Source: an uncultured bacterium (GTDB lineage Bacteria; Abyssobacteria; SURF-5). Taken from it: a stretch of DNA of 23,206 nucleotides. This document shows, piece by piece, positions 1 through 14,588 of this stretch; within the stretch, counting starts at the first letter, position 1; every line of letters starts with the position of its first letter. The stretch lies in NCBI GenBank assembly GCA_964510165.1, contig CAZEBC010000047.1, positions 1-23,206 of the forward strand, given 5' to 3'. The translations under genes were made by a program, and so were the position numbers. The notes under the pieces are model-generated. The model saw only the letters and a program-made list of their open reading frames with translations. It was not told where the DNA came from and ran no database searches.

Positions 1-55
1 CTATCGTCCCTACGTTGATGTGCGGCTTGGTCCGCTCAAATTTCTGCTTGGCCAT
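1..55 (-). CDS. tuf: Elongation factor Tu, 5' end only (runs off the window edge)
   Basis: Manual translation from ATG at 55 gives MAKQKFERTKPHINVGTI, the EF-Tu N-terminus. SD AAGGAGG lies upstream (~67-73), and the gene follows fusA as in the str operon. Confidence 0.96.
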   Translation of the reverse strand, partial: MAKQKFERTKPHINVGTI

Positions 56-101
56 TATGAGCACAGCCTCCTTATCTATTAAGCTTGGACTTCTCCCGAA
101 G

Positions 102-2342
102 TCATCCGGTCACCTTTTCGATTATTGCCTCCGCAAGAGACTTCGGCAACTCGCCGTAGTGAGAGAATTGCATGGTATAGGTCGCCCTGCCCTGCGTCTT
201 CGACCTAAGGTCGGTGGCATAACCGAACATCTCCGCAAGCGGCACCTTGGCGCTGACGACCCGGCTGGAGCTCCGTGTCTCGACCCCTTCGATCCGGCCC
301 CGCCGCGCAGTGATGTCGCCGAGCACATCCCCCATGTAGACCTCGGGCACGACAACCTCGATCTTCATGATAGGTTCCAGAAGTTGGGGACCGGCCTTTT
401 CGGCGGCGTCGCGGAACGCCATTGAGCCCGCAATCCGGAAAGCGAGGTCGGAGGAATCGACCTCGTGATAGGACCCGTCGAGCAGGCTCACCTTGATGTC
501 CACCATGGGATAGCCCGCGAGCACGCCGTTTTCCAGCGCCTCTCTCACGCCTTGTTCGATGGACGGGACGAATTCCTTCGGGATCACTCCTCCAACGGTC
601 TTGTTCTCAAACTCGAATCCTTTTCCCCGTTCCAGCGGCTCGGCCTGCAGTTTGACATGGCCATACTGCCCGCGTCCACCGGTCTGTTTCGCGAACTTCT
701 TCTCGCCAATGGCGATCTGCGTGATGCTTTCCTTATAAGCCACCTGCGGCTTACCCACGTTCGCCTTGACGGAATATTCCCGCATCATTCGGTCCACAAT
801 TATGTCGAGGTGAAGTTCTCCCATGCCTTCAATGATCGTTTGCCCGGTCTCCGGGTCCACCTTGACCTTGAAGGTGGGGTCTTCGTCGGAAAGCCGCCTC
901 AGCGCGGTGCTCAGTTTTTCCTGGTCTGCCTTGGTCTTTGGTTCGATTGCAACCGAGATAACCGGTACGGGAAAGACCATGCTCTCCAGAACTATCTGAT
1001 GATTCGTGTCGCAAAGGGTGTCGCCGGTGGTGGTTTCTTTCAGTCCGACCGCCGCAACGATGTCGCCGGTGCGGGCGACCGTGACATCCTGCCGCTTGTT
1101 AGCGTGCATGAGCAGGAGCCTGCCGATGCGCTCCTTTGTCTTCCGCGTCGGGTTGTAGACCATCTGCCCCGTCTTCACAACTCCCGAGTACACACGGAAA
1201 TAGGTGAGTTTGCCGACGAATGGGTCACTCACCAGTTTGAATGCGAGGGCCGCGAAAGGCTCCTCGTCGCTGGGACGGCGGGTCACTTCTTTCTTTTTCG
1301 TCGGAGATATCCCCGTGACGGGGGGAACATCGAGCGGCGAAGGAAGATATTTGACGACGGCATCGAGGAGAATCTGGACGCCCTTGTTTCGGAAGGCGGC
1401 TCCGCACAATACCGGCGTCAGTTTGCCCGCCAGGGTGCAGCGTCGAATGGCCGCATCGATCTCATCGGCCGAGATCGGCTGATTTTCCAGATATTTCTCG
1501 GTTATCGCATCGTCTTCTTCGGCCAAGGTTTCAATCATCTTGTGGCGGGAGCGTTCGGCCAACGCCTGTAGTTCCGCCGGGACATCTATTTCGTCGTAGA
1601 TCGCTCCCAGGCTTTCATCATTATAAATATATGCCTTCATGCGGATCAGGTCCACCACGCCCGAAAATGTCTCTTCCTGGCCGACGGGCAACTGCAGTTT
1701 CAGCGTTTTCGCCGCCAATCGTTCCCGCATGGTCCGTATGGACATGTCCAGGTCGGCGCCCACTCGGTCCATCTTGTTGACGAAAGCGATGCGGGGAACA
1801 CGGTACTTGTCGGCCTGGCGCCACACTGTCTCGGTCTGAGGCTCGACGCCCGCGACCCCGTCAAAGACGGCTATTGCGCCGTCGAGCACGCGAAGCGAAC
1901 GCTCGACCTCGACGGTGAAATCCACGTGCCCCGGCGTGTCGATTATGTTGATGCGGTGGTTCTTCCAGTGGCAGGTGGTGGCGGCGGATGTGATGGTTAT
2001 TCCACGCTCTTTTTCCTGCTCCATCCAGTCCATCTCGGCGGCGCCTTCATGGACTTCACCCATCTTGTAGGTCCGGCCGGTATAATAGAGAATGCGTTCG
2101 GTGATCGTGGTCTTGCCCGCGTCAATATGGGCCATTATGCCTATGTTGCGAGTATTCCGAAGCGCGGTCTGGCGGTCGACCCGGTCCAGAGGAGACACGG
2201 CGCCCCCCCCGTTCCCGCCTCGGTCGACGGCCGGTGTCTTGCGTTTTCCGTTAAGTTTTCCTGCTGCTGCTCCATTCATAACTTCATCTATCCTCAAAGG
2301 CTCGGTTCCTTCATGCCTCCTCACGGCGGAACTCAGGCCCAT
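102..2342 (-). CDS. fusA: Elongation factor G (746 aa from ATG 2342; start uncertain)
   Basis: GTPase motifs [25 protein letters not shown] and NKMD; C-terminal [24 protein letters not shown] 2342 is 6 nt after SD AAGGAG (2349-2354), which overlaps the rpsG stop. Alternative starts are ATG 2279 and GTG 2198. Confidence 0.97.
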   Translation of the reverse strand: MGLSSAVRRHEGTEPLRIDEVMNGAAAGKLNGKRKTPAVDRGGNGGGAVSPLDRVDRQTALRNTRNIGIMAHIDAGKTTITERILYYTGRTYKMGEVHEGAAEMDWMEQEKERGITITSAATTCHWKNHRINIIDTPGHVDFTVEVERSLRVLDGAIAVFDGVAGVEPQTETVWRQADKYRVPRIAFVNKMDRVGADLDMSIRTMRERLAAKTLKLQLPVGQEETFSGVVDLIRMKAYIYNDESLGAIYDEIDVPAELQALAERSRHKMIETLAEEDDAITEKYLENQPISADEIDAAIRRCTLAGKLTPVLCGAAFRNKGVQILLDAVVKYLPSPLDVPPVTGISPTKKKEVTRRPSDEEPFAALAFKLVSDPFVGKLTYFRVYSGVVKTGQMVYNPTRKTKERIGRLLLMHANKRQDVTVARTGDIVAAVGLKETTTGDTLCDTNHQIVLESMVFPVPVISVAIEPKTKADQEKLSTALRRLSDEDPTFKVKVDPETGQTIIEGMGELHLDIIVDRMMREYSVKANVGKPQVAYKESITQIAIGEKKFAKQTGGRGQYGHVKLQAEPLERGKGFEFENKTVGGVIPKEFVPSIEQGVREALENGVLAGYPMVDIKVSLLDGSYHEVDSSDLAFRIAGSMAFRDAAEKAGPQLLEPIMKIEVVVPEVYMGDVLGDITARRGRIEGVETRSSSRVVSAKVPLAEMFGYATDLRSKTQGRATYTMQFSHYGELPKSLAEAIIEKVTG

Positions 2343-2353
2343 TACGATCTCCT

Positions 2354-2824
2354 TTACCACCTGTAGTGCGCGAACGCCTTGTTGGCCTCTGCCATCCTGT
2401 GCGTATCGTCCTTCTTCTTGACCGACGCTCCCTCACCCTTGTAAGCGTCAACCAGTTCGCCGGCGAGCTTCTCTTTCATGGTTTTCTCGCCCCGCTGGCG
2501 GGCGTAGGAGATCAGCCATCTCATTGCGAGGCTGGTTCGTCTTTCCGGCCTGACTTCCACCGGCACCTGATACGTCGAGCCGCCGACTCTCCTGGATTTG
2601 ACCTCGAGGACCGGCTTGACGTTGTTGAGGGCCTTGTGAAAGACATCCAGCACGTCGGTGTTCAGCTTCTTGGCGGCGATCTCGAGCGCCGCGTACACGG
2701 TCTTCTCGGCGAGCCCCTTCTTGCCTTCCATCATTAATGTATTGACAAAGCTCGTTATGCTCGTGCTGTCATATTTCGGGTCGGGCAGCGGTGTCCGTTT
2801 TACTGCTGCTTTCCTTCTTGGCAT
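2354..2824 (-). CDS. rpsG: 30S ribosomal protein S7
   Basis: MPRRK start, [19 protein letters not shown] and [22 protein letters not shown] upstream. Confidence 0.99.
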   Translation of the reverse strand: MPRRKAAVKRTPLPDPKYDSTSITSFVNTLMMEGKKGLAEKTVYAALEIAAKKLNTDVLDVFHKALNNVKPVLEVKSRRVGGSTYQVPVEVRPERRTSLAMRWLISYARQRGEKTMKEKLAGELVDAYKGEGASVKKKDDTHRMAEANKAFAHYRW

Positions 2825-2844
2825 CTGACCTGTCTCCTGACACT

Positions 2845-2889
2845 AAAAAACGGCATTACGATGTTCTTCACTCATTCTCGTATGCCGTT
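2845..2889 (-). terminator. Terminator/attenuator-like hairpin with U6 tail in the rpsL-rpsG spacer
   Basis: Minus-strand RNA AACGGCAUACGA-(16 nt)-UCGUAAUGCCGUU-UUUU: a 12-bp stem with one bulge followed by a U tract. Confidence 0.5.
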
Positions 2890-2943
2890 ACCCCCGGCAC
2901 GGCCCGTGAGGGAACCGGCGCCGACGATGCGCCGCTCTCTTAA

Positions 2944-3315
2944 CTACTTCGGCCGTTTGGCGCCGTATTTGGAGCGCCCGCGGCGGCGATCCTGGACGCC
3001 CATGGTGTCCAGGGTGCCCCTGATAATATGGTAGCGGACGCCCGGTATGTCCTTTACCCTGCCGCCTCTCACAAGGACGACGGAGTGCTCTTGCAGGTTA
3101 TGACCGACGCCCGGAATATAGCTTGTAATTTCTATTCCGTTCGTCAGTCGCACCCTGGCCACCTTGCGGAGGGCGGAATTGGGCTTTTTCGGAGTAACGG
3201 TGTAAACCCTGGTGCAGACACCTCGCCTCTGGGGGCATCCTTGCAGGGCGGGCGCGGCGGTCTTCGCCTTGACCCGTTCACGCCCTTGTTTCACCAGTTG
3301 GTTGATCGTGGGCAA
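2944..3315 (-). CDS. rpsL: 30S ribosomal protein S12 (TTG start)
   Basis: [25 protein letters not shown] and [23 protein letters not shown] upstream. Confidence 0.99.
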   Translation of the reverse strand: MPTINQLVKQGRERVKAKTAAPALQGCPQRRGVCTRVYTVTPKKPNSALRKVARVRLTNGIEITSYIPGVGHNLQEHSVVLVRGGRVKDIPGVRYHIIRGTLDTMGVQDRRRGRSKYGAKRPK

Positions 3316-3414
3316 TTTCCTCTCCCACTCCTTTGGTTAAGGGTAAATCCTCGACAGCCCGCTCGAAAGCGGGCCGCCTCCTTAAAAAACAACCCGTTTG
3401 GGTCACAGACAATA

Positions 3415-3439
3415 ATTATACACAGCGCAAGCGGCCTTG

Positions 3440-3443
<4 letters not shown>
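3415..3443 (-). promoter_or_regulatory. Sigma70 promoter of the str operon
   Basis: Minus strand TTGACA (3443-3438) - 17 nt - TATAAT (3420-3415), a perfect consensus. Confidence 0.88.
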
Positions 3444-7555
<4,112 letters not shown>

Positions 7556-7578
7556 TTGCGATCCCCCTTACCTCGTGT

Positions 7579-10500
7579 TCAGTCAAGTGGACCAACGACT
7601 TTGGGCGGCTCTTCTTCATCCCCGCCCTCCAGCTTCCTGAGTTTCTGGACGTCCAGACACAGGCCTTGCATCTCCTTGAGCAGGACATTGAACGATTCGG
7701 GGGTTCCTGTCTCAAGGTGCTGCTGACCCTTGACAATCGCCTCATACGCCTTGGCGCGGCCCGTGACATCATCGCTCTTGATCGTTAGAAGTTCCTGCAG
7801 GATGTTGGCTGCGCCATACGCCTCCAAGGCCCAGACCTCCATCTCGCCGAATCTCTGTCCGCCGAACTGCGCCTTCCCGCCCAGCGGCTGCTGGGTGACC
7901 AGCGAGTACGGCCCTATCGCACGGGCATGGATTTTGTCATCGACCAGATGCGCCAGCTTCATCATATAGATGTAGCCCACGCATATCTTCTGGTCAAACG
8001 GCTTGCCCGTTCGCCCGTCGTAAAGCAGCGTCTTCCCATCTTCGGGAAGGCCCGCCTTCGCGAGAAACGCCTTTATCTCGTGCTCGTCGGCGCCACTGAA
8101 CACCGGCGAGTTTACCCACATGTTCAGCTTCTTGGTTGCCCAGCCCAGGTGCGTCTCAAGTATCTGCCCAACGTTCATTCGGGAGGGCACTCCGAGCGGG
8201 TTCAATATGACCTCCACGGGTGTGCCGTCCGGCAGGAACGGCATGTCCTCTTCCGGAAGAACCTTGGCGACGACCCCCTTGTTTCCATGACGCCCCGCCA
8301 TCTTGTCGCCGACCGAAAGCTTCCGTTTCGTGGCCACATAGACCCTGACCATCTTTATGACGCCCGGCGGCAGTTCATCGCCCTTCTTGAGCAGTTCAAG
8401 CGAGGACTCCTTCTCGGCCAGAAGCACGTTCTCGCGCTCCTGCGTCTGCATGAGCAGCCTCTCCAAGCCGGTTTGAATGTCCTTGTCGGAGACCTTCAGC
8501 TGATACAGATGCGCGTATTCAGCTTTATCGAGGTCCTCCGGCCGGATGATATGCCGCTGCTTGAACACCACCTCTTCGGTCTTCCCGTCAACCACGTCGT
8601 TGCTCGCCCGGGCGCCGTCCAGCAGCTTGCGCGCGGCCTCGATGCACTCGGCATGAAGACGCTTGATCTCGTACTCGTATTTGTGCTCGATCTTTTGCTG
8701 TTCTCTCTTTTCGCTGACCTTGGCCTTCTCTCCCTTGGAGCGTTCCTTGCGCGAGAACACCTTCACGTCAATGACGATGCCCTCGATCCCGGGCGGCACC
8801 CTCAGCGAGGAATCACGCACATTCTCGGCCTTCTCCCCGAAAATGGCCCTCAAAAGCTTCTCCTCGGGCGCCAGTTCCGTCTCGCCTTTCGGGCTGACCT
8901 TGCCGACGAGGATATCGCCGTGGCGCACCTCGGCGCCGATACGGATAATCCCGTCTTCATCGAGGTCCTTCAGCGCTTCTTCGCTGACGTTGGGTATGTC
9001 TCGCGTTATCTCTTCGCGCCCAAGTTTGGTGTCGCGCGCCTCGATCTCGAACTCCTCGATGTGAATCGAAGTGAAAACGTCCTCCTTCACAATCTTTTCA
9101 CTGACGAGGATGGCGTCTTCAAAATTGTATCCTTCCCACGGCATGAACGCGACGAGCACGTTGCGGCCCAGCGCCAGTTCGCCCACGTCGGTGGCCGGTC
9201 CGTCGGCGATCACATCGCCCTTCTTTACCCGGTCGCCTTCACGCACGACGGGCCTCTGGTTGACGCACGTCCCCTGGTTCGACCTGACAAATTTCTGGAG
9301 CCAATAGATGTCCTCCTGAGTCCCGCCGTCCCCTTGCGCGCTCCGCCGTCGCACGATGATGCGCTCGCCGGTCACGCTCTCGACGGTACCGTTATGCTTC
9401 GCGAGAGTGACGGCGCCGGAGTTCTTGGCTGTGATCAGCTCGAGGCCGGTCCCCACAAGCGGAGCCTCCGACACCAGCAGGGGAACCGCCTGCCGCTGCA
9501 TGTTGGAACCCATGAGCGCACGGTTGGCGTCGTCGTGCTCGAGGAACGGTATAAGCGCCGCAGCCACGCTGACCAATTGCTTGGGCGAGACGTCCATGTA
9601 GTCCACCTTCTCGGCAGGCATGAGCTTGAAGTCCGCCATGTAACGGCACAGCACCAGATCGTTGACGAACCGGTTCTTCTTGTCCAGCGGCGCGTTGGCC
9701 TGCGCGATGACGTACCTGTCCTCCTCATAGGCGGACAGGTAATCTATCTTGTCGGTCACCTTTCCCTTCTCGACCTTCCGGTACGGAGTCTCGAGGAAGC
9801 CGAATTTGTTGATCCGCGCGTACGTGCTCAGAGACGCCATGAGGCCGATGTTCGGGCCTTCAGGCGTTTCCACCGGACAGATGCGCCCGTAGTGCGTCGG
9901 ATGCACGTCGCGCACCTCGAACCCGGCCCGCTCACGGCTGAGACCGCCCGGACCCAACGCGCTCAGACGGCGCTTGTGCGTCAATTCCGCCAGCGGGTTG
10001 GTCTGGTCCATGAAGTGCGACAACTGGCTTCGGCCAAAGAAGTCCTTGATCACCGCGCTCACAGGCTTCGGGTTGATCAGGCTCTGCGGAGTGACCGCGT
10101 CCATTTCCTGGAAGTTCATGCGCTCCTTGATGGTGCGCTCCATCCGCACCAGCCCGATGCGTATCTGGTTTGCGAGAAGCTCGCCCACGGAACGCACACG
10201 CCTGTTTCCGAGATGGTCTATGTCATCTATCTGTCCCTTGCCGTTCTTCAGGGTAATAAGGTATTTGATTGTCTCGATCACGTCTTCGGGCCGGAGAGTG
10301 AGCGTCTCCATCGGAACGTCAAGGTTGAGCTTCCGATTGATCTTGTACCTGCCCACCGGCGAAAGGTTATACCTCGCTGGATCAAAGAAAGTCTTCTCGA
10401 ACAGCGTCTTGGCTGTGTTGACGGTCGCCGGGTCGCCCGGACGCATCCGCCGATATATCTCGATGAGCGCGTCCGTCGTCGTCTTGATGTGGTCGGCGTC

Positions 10501-11430
10501 AAGCGTCTTCAGAAGCGACAGGGTCTCGTTCGGCGAATCGAACTTGATCAGCCACACCGTCTTTATCCCGCGCTCCTGCAACATGGCCAGAAGCCGCTTG
10601 GTGACCTTTTCCCGCGATTTGGCGAGCACCTCTCCGGTGGCCTCGTCCACGACGTCTTGCAGAAGATAGCGGTCAACAAGCTCGTCAATATCGAAGCGCG
10701 TACCCTCGGTCATGGCCTTGACCTGGCCCAACCGAACCTCCTCGGCATCATAGAACAGCTTGATGATTTCCTCGTCCGCCTCGTACCCGAGCGCCCGCAG
10801 GAACGCAGTGGCGACGATACGCGTACGGCGGTCAACGTGCATGTACAGCACATCGTTGATGTCAAACTCAAACTCGACCCACGCCCCACGATACGGGATT
10901 ATCCTGCCCGAAAGCAACATCCGTCCGCTCGGATGCTGCTTTTCCTCGAAGCAGACCCCCGGCGAACGATGAAGCTGACTGACCACCACTCGCTCGGCGC
11001 CATTAATGATGAATGTCCCCTTCTCGGTCATGAGCGGAAGTTCGCCGACGAACACATCCTGCTCCTTGATCGCGATGGGCTGCTTGTTGCCGGAAGAGTC
11101 CTCTTCATACAGGACAAGACGGATCTTGGCCTTCAATGAGGCCGCATACGTCATGCCCCGCTTCTGACACTCCGTCACCGAATACTTCGATGGACTCAGC
11201 GAGTAGCTCACGAACTCAAGCGAGGAAAGCCCGTCGTTCGAGACGATGGGAAATACGTCGTGGAATACCGCCTGGAGCCCTTCGTTCGCCCTCCCCTCCG
11301 GCGGCTTGTCCATTTGCAGGAAATTGTCGTAGGACTCCTTCTGAATCTCGATCAGATTCGGAAGCTCTACGATTTCCGGGTCCTTGGCAAAAGAGTAACG
11401 TTCTCTGACAATGGCTTTCTTATAGGCCAT
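7579..11430 (-). CDS. rpoB: DNA-directed RNA polymerase beta subunit
   Basis: [21 protein letters not shown], Rif cluster [37 protein letters not shown] and [18 protein letters not shown]. Confidence 0.99.
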   Translation of the reverse strand: MAYKKAIVRERYSFAKDPEIVELPNLIEIQKESYDNFLQMDKPPEGRANEGLQAVFHDVFPIVSNDGLSSLEFVSYSLSPSKYSVTECQKRGMTYAASLKAKIRLVLYEEDSSGNKQPIAIKEQDVFVGELPLMTEKGTFIINGAERVVVSQLHRSPGVCFEEKQHPSGRMLLSGRIIPYRGAWVEFEFDINDVLYMHVDRRTRIVATAFLRALGYEADEEIIKLFYDAEEVRLGQVKAMTEGTRFDIDELVDRYLLQDVVDEATGEVLAKSREKVTKRLLAMLQERGIKTVWLIKFDSPNETLSLLKTLDADHIKTTTDALIEIYRRMRPGDPATVNTAKTLFEKTFFDPARYNLSPVGRYKINRKLNLDVPMETLTLRPEDVIETIKYLITLKNGKGQIDDIDHLGNRRVRSVGELLANQIRIGLVRMERTIKERMNFQEMDAVTPQSLINPKPVSAVIKDFFGRSQLSHFMDQTNPLAELTHKRRLSALGPGGLSRERAGFEVRDVHPTHYGRICPVETPEGPNIGLMASLSTYARINKFGFLETPYRKVEKGKVTDKIDYLSAYEEDRYVIAQANAPLDKKNRFVNDLVLCRYMADFKLMPAEKVDYMDVSPKQLVSVAAALIPFLEHDDANRALMGSNMQRQAVPLLVSEAPLVGTGLELITAKNSGAVTLAKHNGTVESVTGERIIVRRRSAQGDGGTQEDIYWLQKFVRSNQGTCVNQRPVVREGDRVKKGDVIADGPATDVGELALGRNVLVAFMPWEGYNFEDAILVSEKIVKEDVFTSIHIEEFEIEARDTKLGREEITRDIPNVSEEALKDLDEDGIIRIGAEVRHGDILVGKVSPKGETELAPEEKLLRAIFGEKAENVRDSSLRVPPGIEGIVIDVKVFSRKERSKGEKAKVSEKREQQKIEHKYEYEIKRLHAECIEAARKLLDGARASNDVVDGKTEEVVFKQRHIIRPEDLDKAEYAHLYQLKVSDKDIQTGLERLLMQTQERENVLLAEKESSLELLKKGDELPPGVIKMVRVYVATKRKLSVGDKMAGRHGNKGVVAKVLPEEDMPFLPDGTPVEVILNPLGVPSRMNVGQILETHLGWATKKLNMWVNSPVFSGADEHEIKAFLAKAGLPEDGKTLLYDGRTGKPFDQKICVGYIYMMKLAHLVDDKIHARAIGPYSLVTQQPLGGKAQFGGQRFGEMEVWALEAYGAANILQELLTIKSDDVTGRAKAYEAIVKGQQHLETGTPESFNVLLKEMQGLCLDVQKLRKLEGGDEEEPPKVVGPLD

Positions 11431-11543
11431 AAAGATGTCCCCTCAGACGATCATCGAGTAGTTTGAAAGGTGGAGTTTGGAATTCACTCCTCAAACAGGC
11501 CGGAACAACGACAAAGACTCGTTGATACAGCAAGCAATCTATA

Positions 11544-11572
11544 ACTATACCACCTCAGAAACTGATTGTCAA
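11544..11572 (-). promoter_or_regulatory. Sigma70 promoter of rpoBC
   Basis: Minus strand TTGACA (11572-11567) - 17 nt - TATAGT (11549-11544), with a TGn extended -10. Confidence 0.82.
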
Positions 11573-11691
11573 GCCCCAACGAAGCTCAATCGCGGAAACG
11601 GCGCTCAGAACCTTCCCACACTGCCCTTCCTCAACAACCATAAAGCGCCACGCAAGCATCCCACAGCCCAAATAGCGGAGCGTGGCCTTAT

Positions 11692-11720
11692 TTGACAAGG
11701 TATTGGAGTGGGGTTATAAT
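11692..11720 (+). promoter_or_regulatory. Sigma70 promoter of the NYN-topA-xerC-hslV operon
   Basis: TTGACA (11692-11697) - 17 nt - TATAAT (11715-11720), a perfect consensus, 30 nt before ATG 11751. Confidence 0.88.
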
Positions 11721-11750
11721 CACCACGCCGGCGAAAGGAGTGAATTCGCG

Positions 11751-12218
11751 ATGCCGCTCATCATCGATGGACACAATCTTATCGGCAAAATGTCCACGAT
11801 CTCCCTCGCCGACCCGAACGACGAGGACAAGCTGGTTCGGATTTTGGCACGACGCTTGCATGGTACTCGACAAAAGGTAATCGTGGTGTTCGACAAGGGA
11901 TCTGACGTTGATTTCGCCCCGGTGCGAACAGGCCCGAGATTGCGCGTAATCTTCGCGTCCCCAACGAGTTCCGCCGACACCATGATAATCGACTTGATAA
12001 GACGTGACCCCAATCCGAAGGGGATGACAATTGTATCGTCGGACAACGAAATTCGCCGGTGTGCGCGCGCTCGACGGGCTCGGCTCATTTCCGCAGAGGA
12101 TTTTGCCAGACAACTGGAATCCGAGCCGAATGGCGAGGACAAACCGGTTCCCGCACACCAGAGAAAAGAGATTGACGTTAAGGAATGGCTGGAATATTTC
12201 CAGGGAAGGAAGTCGTAA
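11751..12218 (+). CDS. YacP/Rae1-like NYN (PIN-like) domain putative ribonuclease, 155 aa
   Basis: Acidic motifs IIDGHNL, VVFD, SADTMI and VSSDNEI match the NYN_YacP pattern. Start taken as ATG 11751 after SD AAGGAG (11735-11740), because the longer ORF start overlaps the promoter. Confidence 0.8.
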   Translation: MPLIIDGHNLIGKMSTISLADPNDEDKLVRILARRLHGTRQKVIVVFDKGSDVDFAPVRTGPRLRVIFASPTSSADTMIIDLIRRDPNPKGMTIVSSDNEIRRCARARRARLISAEDFARQLESEPNGEDKPVPAHQRKEIDVKEWLEYFQGRKS

Positions 12219-12221
12219 CGC

Positions 12222-14510
12222 GTGGCTAAGAAGCTGGTTATAGTCGAATCGCCCGCCAAGGCGAAAACCATAAACAGGTACTTGGGCAAGGACTATCGCG
12301 TGGAAGCCTCCATGGGTCATGTGCGCGACCTGCCCGAGAAGACCCTCGGAGTCGAGGTGGACGGCGGGTTCAAGCCTCACTACGAGGTCCCGTCGGAAAA
12401 GAAGAAGATAGTCGCCAAGCTCAAGCAGAGCGCCAAGGGGGCCGAAGTGATCTATCTTGCCTCCGACTTCGACCGCGAGGGCGAAGCCATCGGCTGGCAC
12501 ATCAAAGAGGCTGTCGGCCTCAACAAGAACAAGACCACTCACCGCATTGTCTTCAATGAGATTACCAAGAGCGCCATCCTGGACGCCATCAACAACCCGC
12601 GCGACATCGACATGCACCTCGTCAACGCCCAGCAGGCCAGGCGCGTGCTCGACCGCCTCGTCGGCTACAAGCTCAGCCCGCTATTGTGGAACAAGGTCAA
12701 ACGCGGCCTCAGCGCCGGCAGAGTGCAATCGGTCGCCGTCAGGATGCTCTGCGAGCGCCAGGAGGAAATCGAAAAGTTCGTGCCCCAGGAATATTGGTCC
12801 ATCATGGCCCTCCTTGTGAAGGAAGGCTATTCCCCGTTCGAGGCCCAACTGGTCAAGGTCGAGGGCGAGAAGGCCGAGATTCCGAATGAGCAAGAGGCGA
12901 GCAGGTTGTCCGACGCGCTGAAGAAAGCCGCCTACGTCGTGAAGAGCGCCGAGACCAAAGAGGTCCGACGCAGGCCGTATCCCCCGTTCATCACGAGCAC
13001 ACTCCAACAAGAGGCCTTCAAGAAGCTCGGCATGCGCACCACGCGCACCATGAGGATCGCACAGGAATTATATGAAGGCATCGAGATTCCCGGCGAGGGC
13101 AACGTCGCCCTCATCACATATATGAGAACCGATTCGGTCCGCATCTCGAAGGAAGCACAGGATGCCGCCCTCAAATATATCCTCGAAAAGTACGGACCGG
13201 ACTGCTATCCGCCCAATCATGTCAACGTGTTCAAGAACAAACGCGCCGCGCAGGATGCGCACGAGGCGATACGACCGACTTCGATGGAGTGGACCCCGGA
13301 CCGACTAAAGCCCCATCTCACGAAGGAGCATCTCGCGCTCTACACGCTCATCTGGAACCGCTTCCTCGCCAGCCAGATGTCGCCCGCATTTTACAACCAG
13401 ACCACTATCGAGATCGAGGCCGACGGAAAGTACCTGCTCCGCGCGACCAGCTCGGTGCTCACCAGACCCGGCTTCCTCGTGCTCTATCGCGAGGAATCCG
13501 AAGAAAACGGCAACGGCGAGGAGGGCGACCGCTCGTTCCCGCCCGTCGCCGAGAACGACGCACTCACCTGCGAGAAGGTGCTGCCTGAGCAGCATTTCAC
13601 CAAGCCGCCCCCGCGCTACACCGAGGCCACGCTCGTCAAAGCGCTCGAGGAAAAGGGCATCGGCCGCCCAAGCACGTATGCGACCATCGTGGATACCATC
13701 CAGAAACGCAAATACGCGCAAAGGCAAAAAAAGACGCTTGAGCCGACCGAACTGGGCTGCACCGTGAACCAACTTCTGGTCGAGAACTTCCCGAAAATAC
13801 TCGACGTCGAGTTCACCGCCAAGATGGAGGAACAGCTCGATGAGGTCGAGGACGGCAAGATGGACTGGCAGGAGGTGCTCCGCGAGTTCTACGGCCCGTT
13901 CGAGGATTCCCTCGCCACCGCCACTCATCAGATGCGCAACGTGAAGAAAGAGGGAGTGCCGACCGACCAGGTCTGCGACAAATGCGGCAGGCCCATGGTC
14001 ATTCGATGGGGCCGCTTCGGCAAGTTCCTCGCCTGCAGCGGCTATCCCGAATGCCGTAACACCAAGGAGGCCGAGGGAGAGGAAGGCGGCGTGAGCGCCG
14101 ACCAGGCCAAACAGATCGTCGCCGGCAAGACATGCCCCAACTGCGGCTCACCCATGGCGGTCAAGACCGGCCGCACCGGCAGGTTCATCGCCTGCACCAG
14201 CTACCCCAAATGCAAGACCGCGTTCCCGTTCGGCATCGGCGTCGCATGTCTTGAGCCGGGCTGCGGCGGAGAGGTGGTGGAACGCCACTCCAAGAAGGGC
14301 CGCCTGTTCTACGGATGCAACCGTTTCCCAGAGTGCAAGTTCACGAGCTGGGACAAGCCCGTCCATAAGAGCTGTCCGCAATGCGAGAGCCGCTACCTCG
14401 TCGAAAAATATGCGCGCGACGGCAGACTCGAGCTGAGATGCCCCACAAAGGGCTGCCGCTACAAGGAAGAAATAACAAGAGTTGAACCGAAGGAAGAAGC
14501 CGCAAGCTGA
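12222..14510 (+). CDS. topA: DNA topoisomerase I (type IA) with four C-terminal Cys4 zinc-ribbon-like repeats
   Basis: KLVIVESPAKAKTI, TOPRIM DFDREGE, SAGRVQS, catalytic LITYMRTDS and GIGRPSTYA; C-terminal CDKC, CPNC, CLEPGC and CPQC repeats. Confidence 0.99.
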   Translation: MAKKLVIVESPAKAKTINRYLGKDYRVEASMGHVRDLPEKTLGVEVDGGFKPHYEVPSEKKKIVAKLKQSAKGAEVIYLASDFDREGEAIGWHIKEAVGLNKNKTTHRIVFNEITKSAILDAINNPRDIDMHLVNAQQARRVLDRLVGYKLSPLLWNKVKRGLSAGRVQSVAVRMLCERQEEIEKFVPQEYWSIMALLVKEGYSPFEAQLVKVEGEKAEIPNEQEASRLSDALKKAAYVVKSAETKEVRRRPYPPFITSTLQQEAFKKLGMRTTRTMRIAQELYEGIEIPGEGNVALITYMRTDSVRISKEAQDAALKYILEKYGPDCYPPNHVNVFKNKRAAQDAHEAIRPTSMEWTPDRLKPHLTKEHLALYTLIWNRFLASQMSPAFYNQTTIEIEADGKYLLRATSSVLTRPGFLVLYREESEENGNGEEGDRSFPPVAENDALTCEKVLPEQHFTKPPPRYTEATLVKALEEKGIGRPSTYATIVDTIQKRKYAQRQKKTLEPTELGCTVNQLLVENFPKILDVEFTAKMEEQLDEVEDGKMDWQEVLREFYGPFEDSLATATHQMRNVKKEGVPTDQVCDKCGRPMVIRWGRFGKFLACSGYPECRNTKEAEGEEGGVSADQAKQIVAGKTCPNCGSPMAVKTGRTGRFIACTSYPKCKTAFPFGIGVACLEPGCGGEVVERHSKKGRLFYGCNRFPECKFTSWDKPVHKSCPQCESRYLVEKYARDGRLELRCPTKGCRYKEEITRVEPKEEAAS

Positions 14511-14543
14511 CCACACTTCGTCGCAGTGCGGGTCAAATTCTCT

Positions 14544-14567
14544 GTAGGGGCGCAGCATCCTGCGCCC
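14544..14567 (+). repeat. GTAG-type REP-like palindrome
   Basis: GTAG followed by GGGCGCAG-CATC-CTGCGCCC (perfect 8-bp stem), the architecture of RAYT-associated REPs. Confidence 0.65.
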
Positions 14568-14588
14568 AAAACCCGGCGCTAACCATCA

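Noticed and set aside
7927..11139. 1070-aa ORF on the + strand
   Set aside because: Fully antisense to rpoB in codon register, with no recognisable motifs; an expected shadow ORF of a GC3-rich, highly biased gene. The same applies to the shadows over fusA, rpoC, topA and ktrB.
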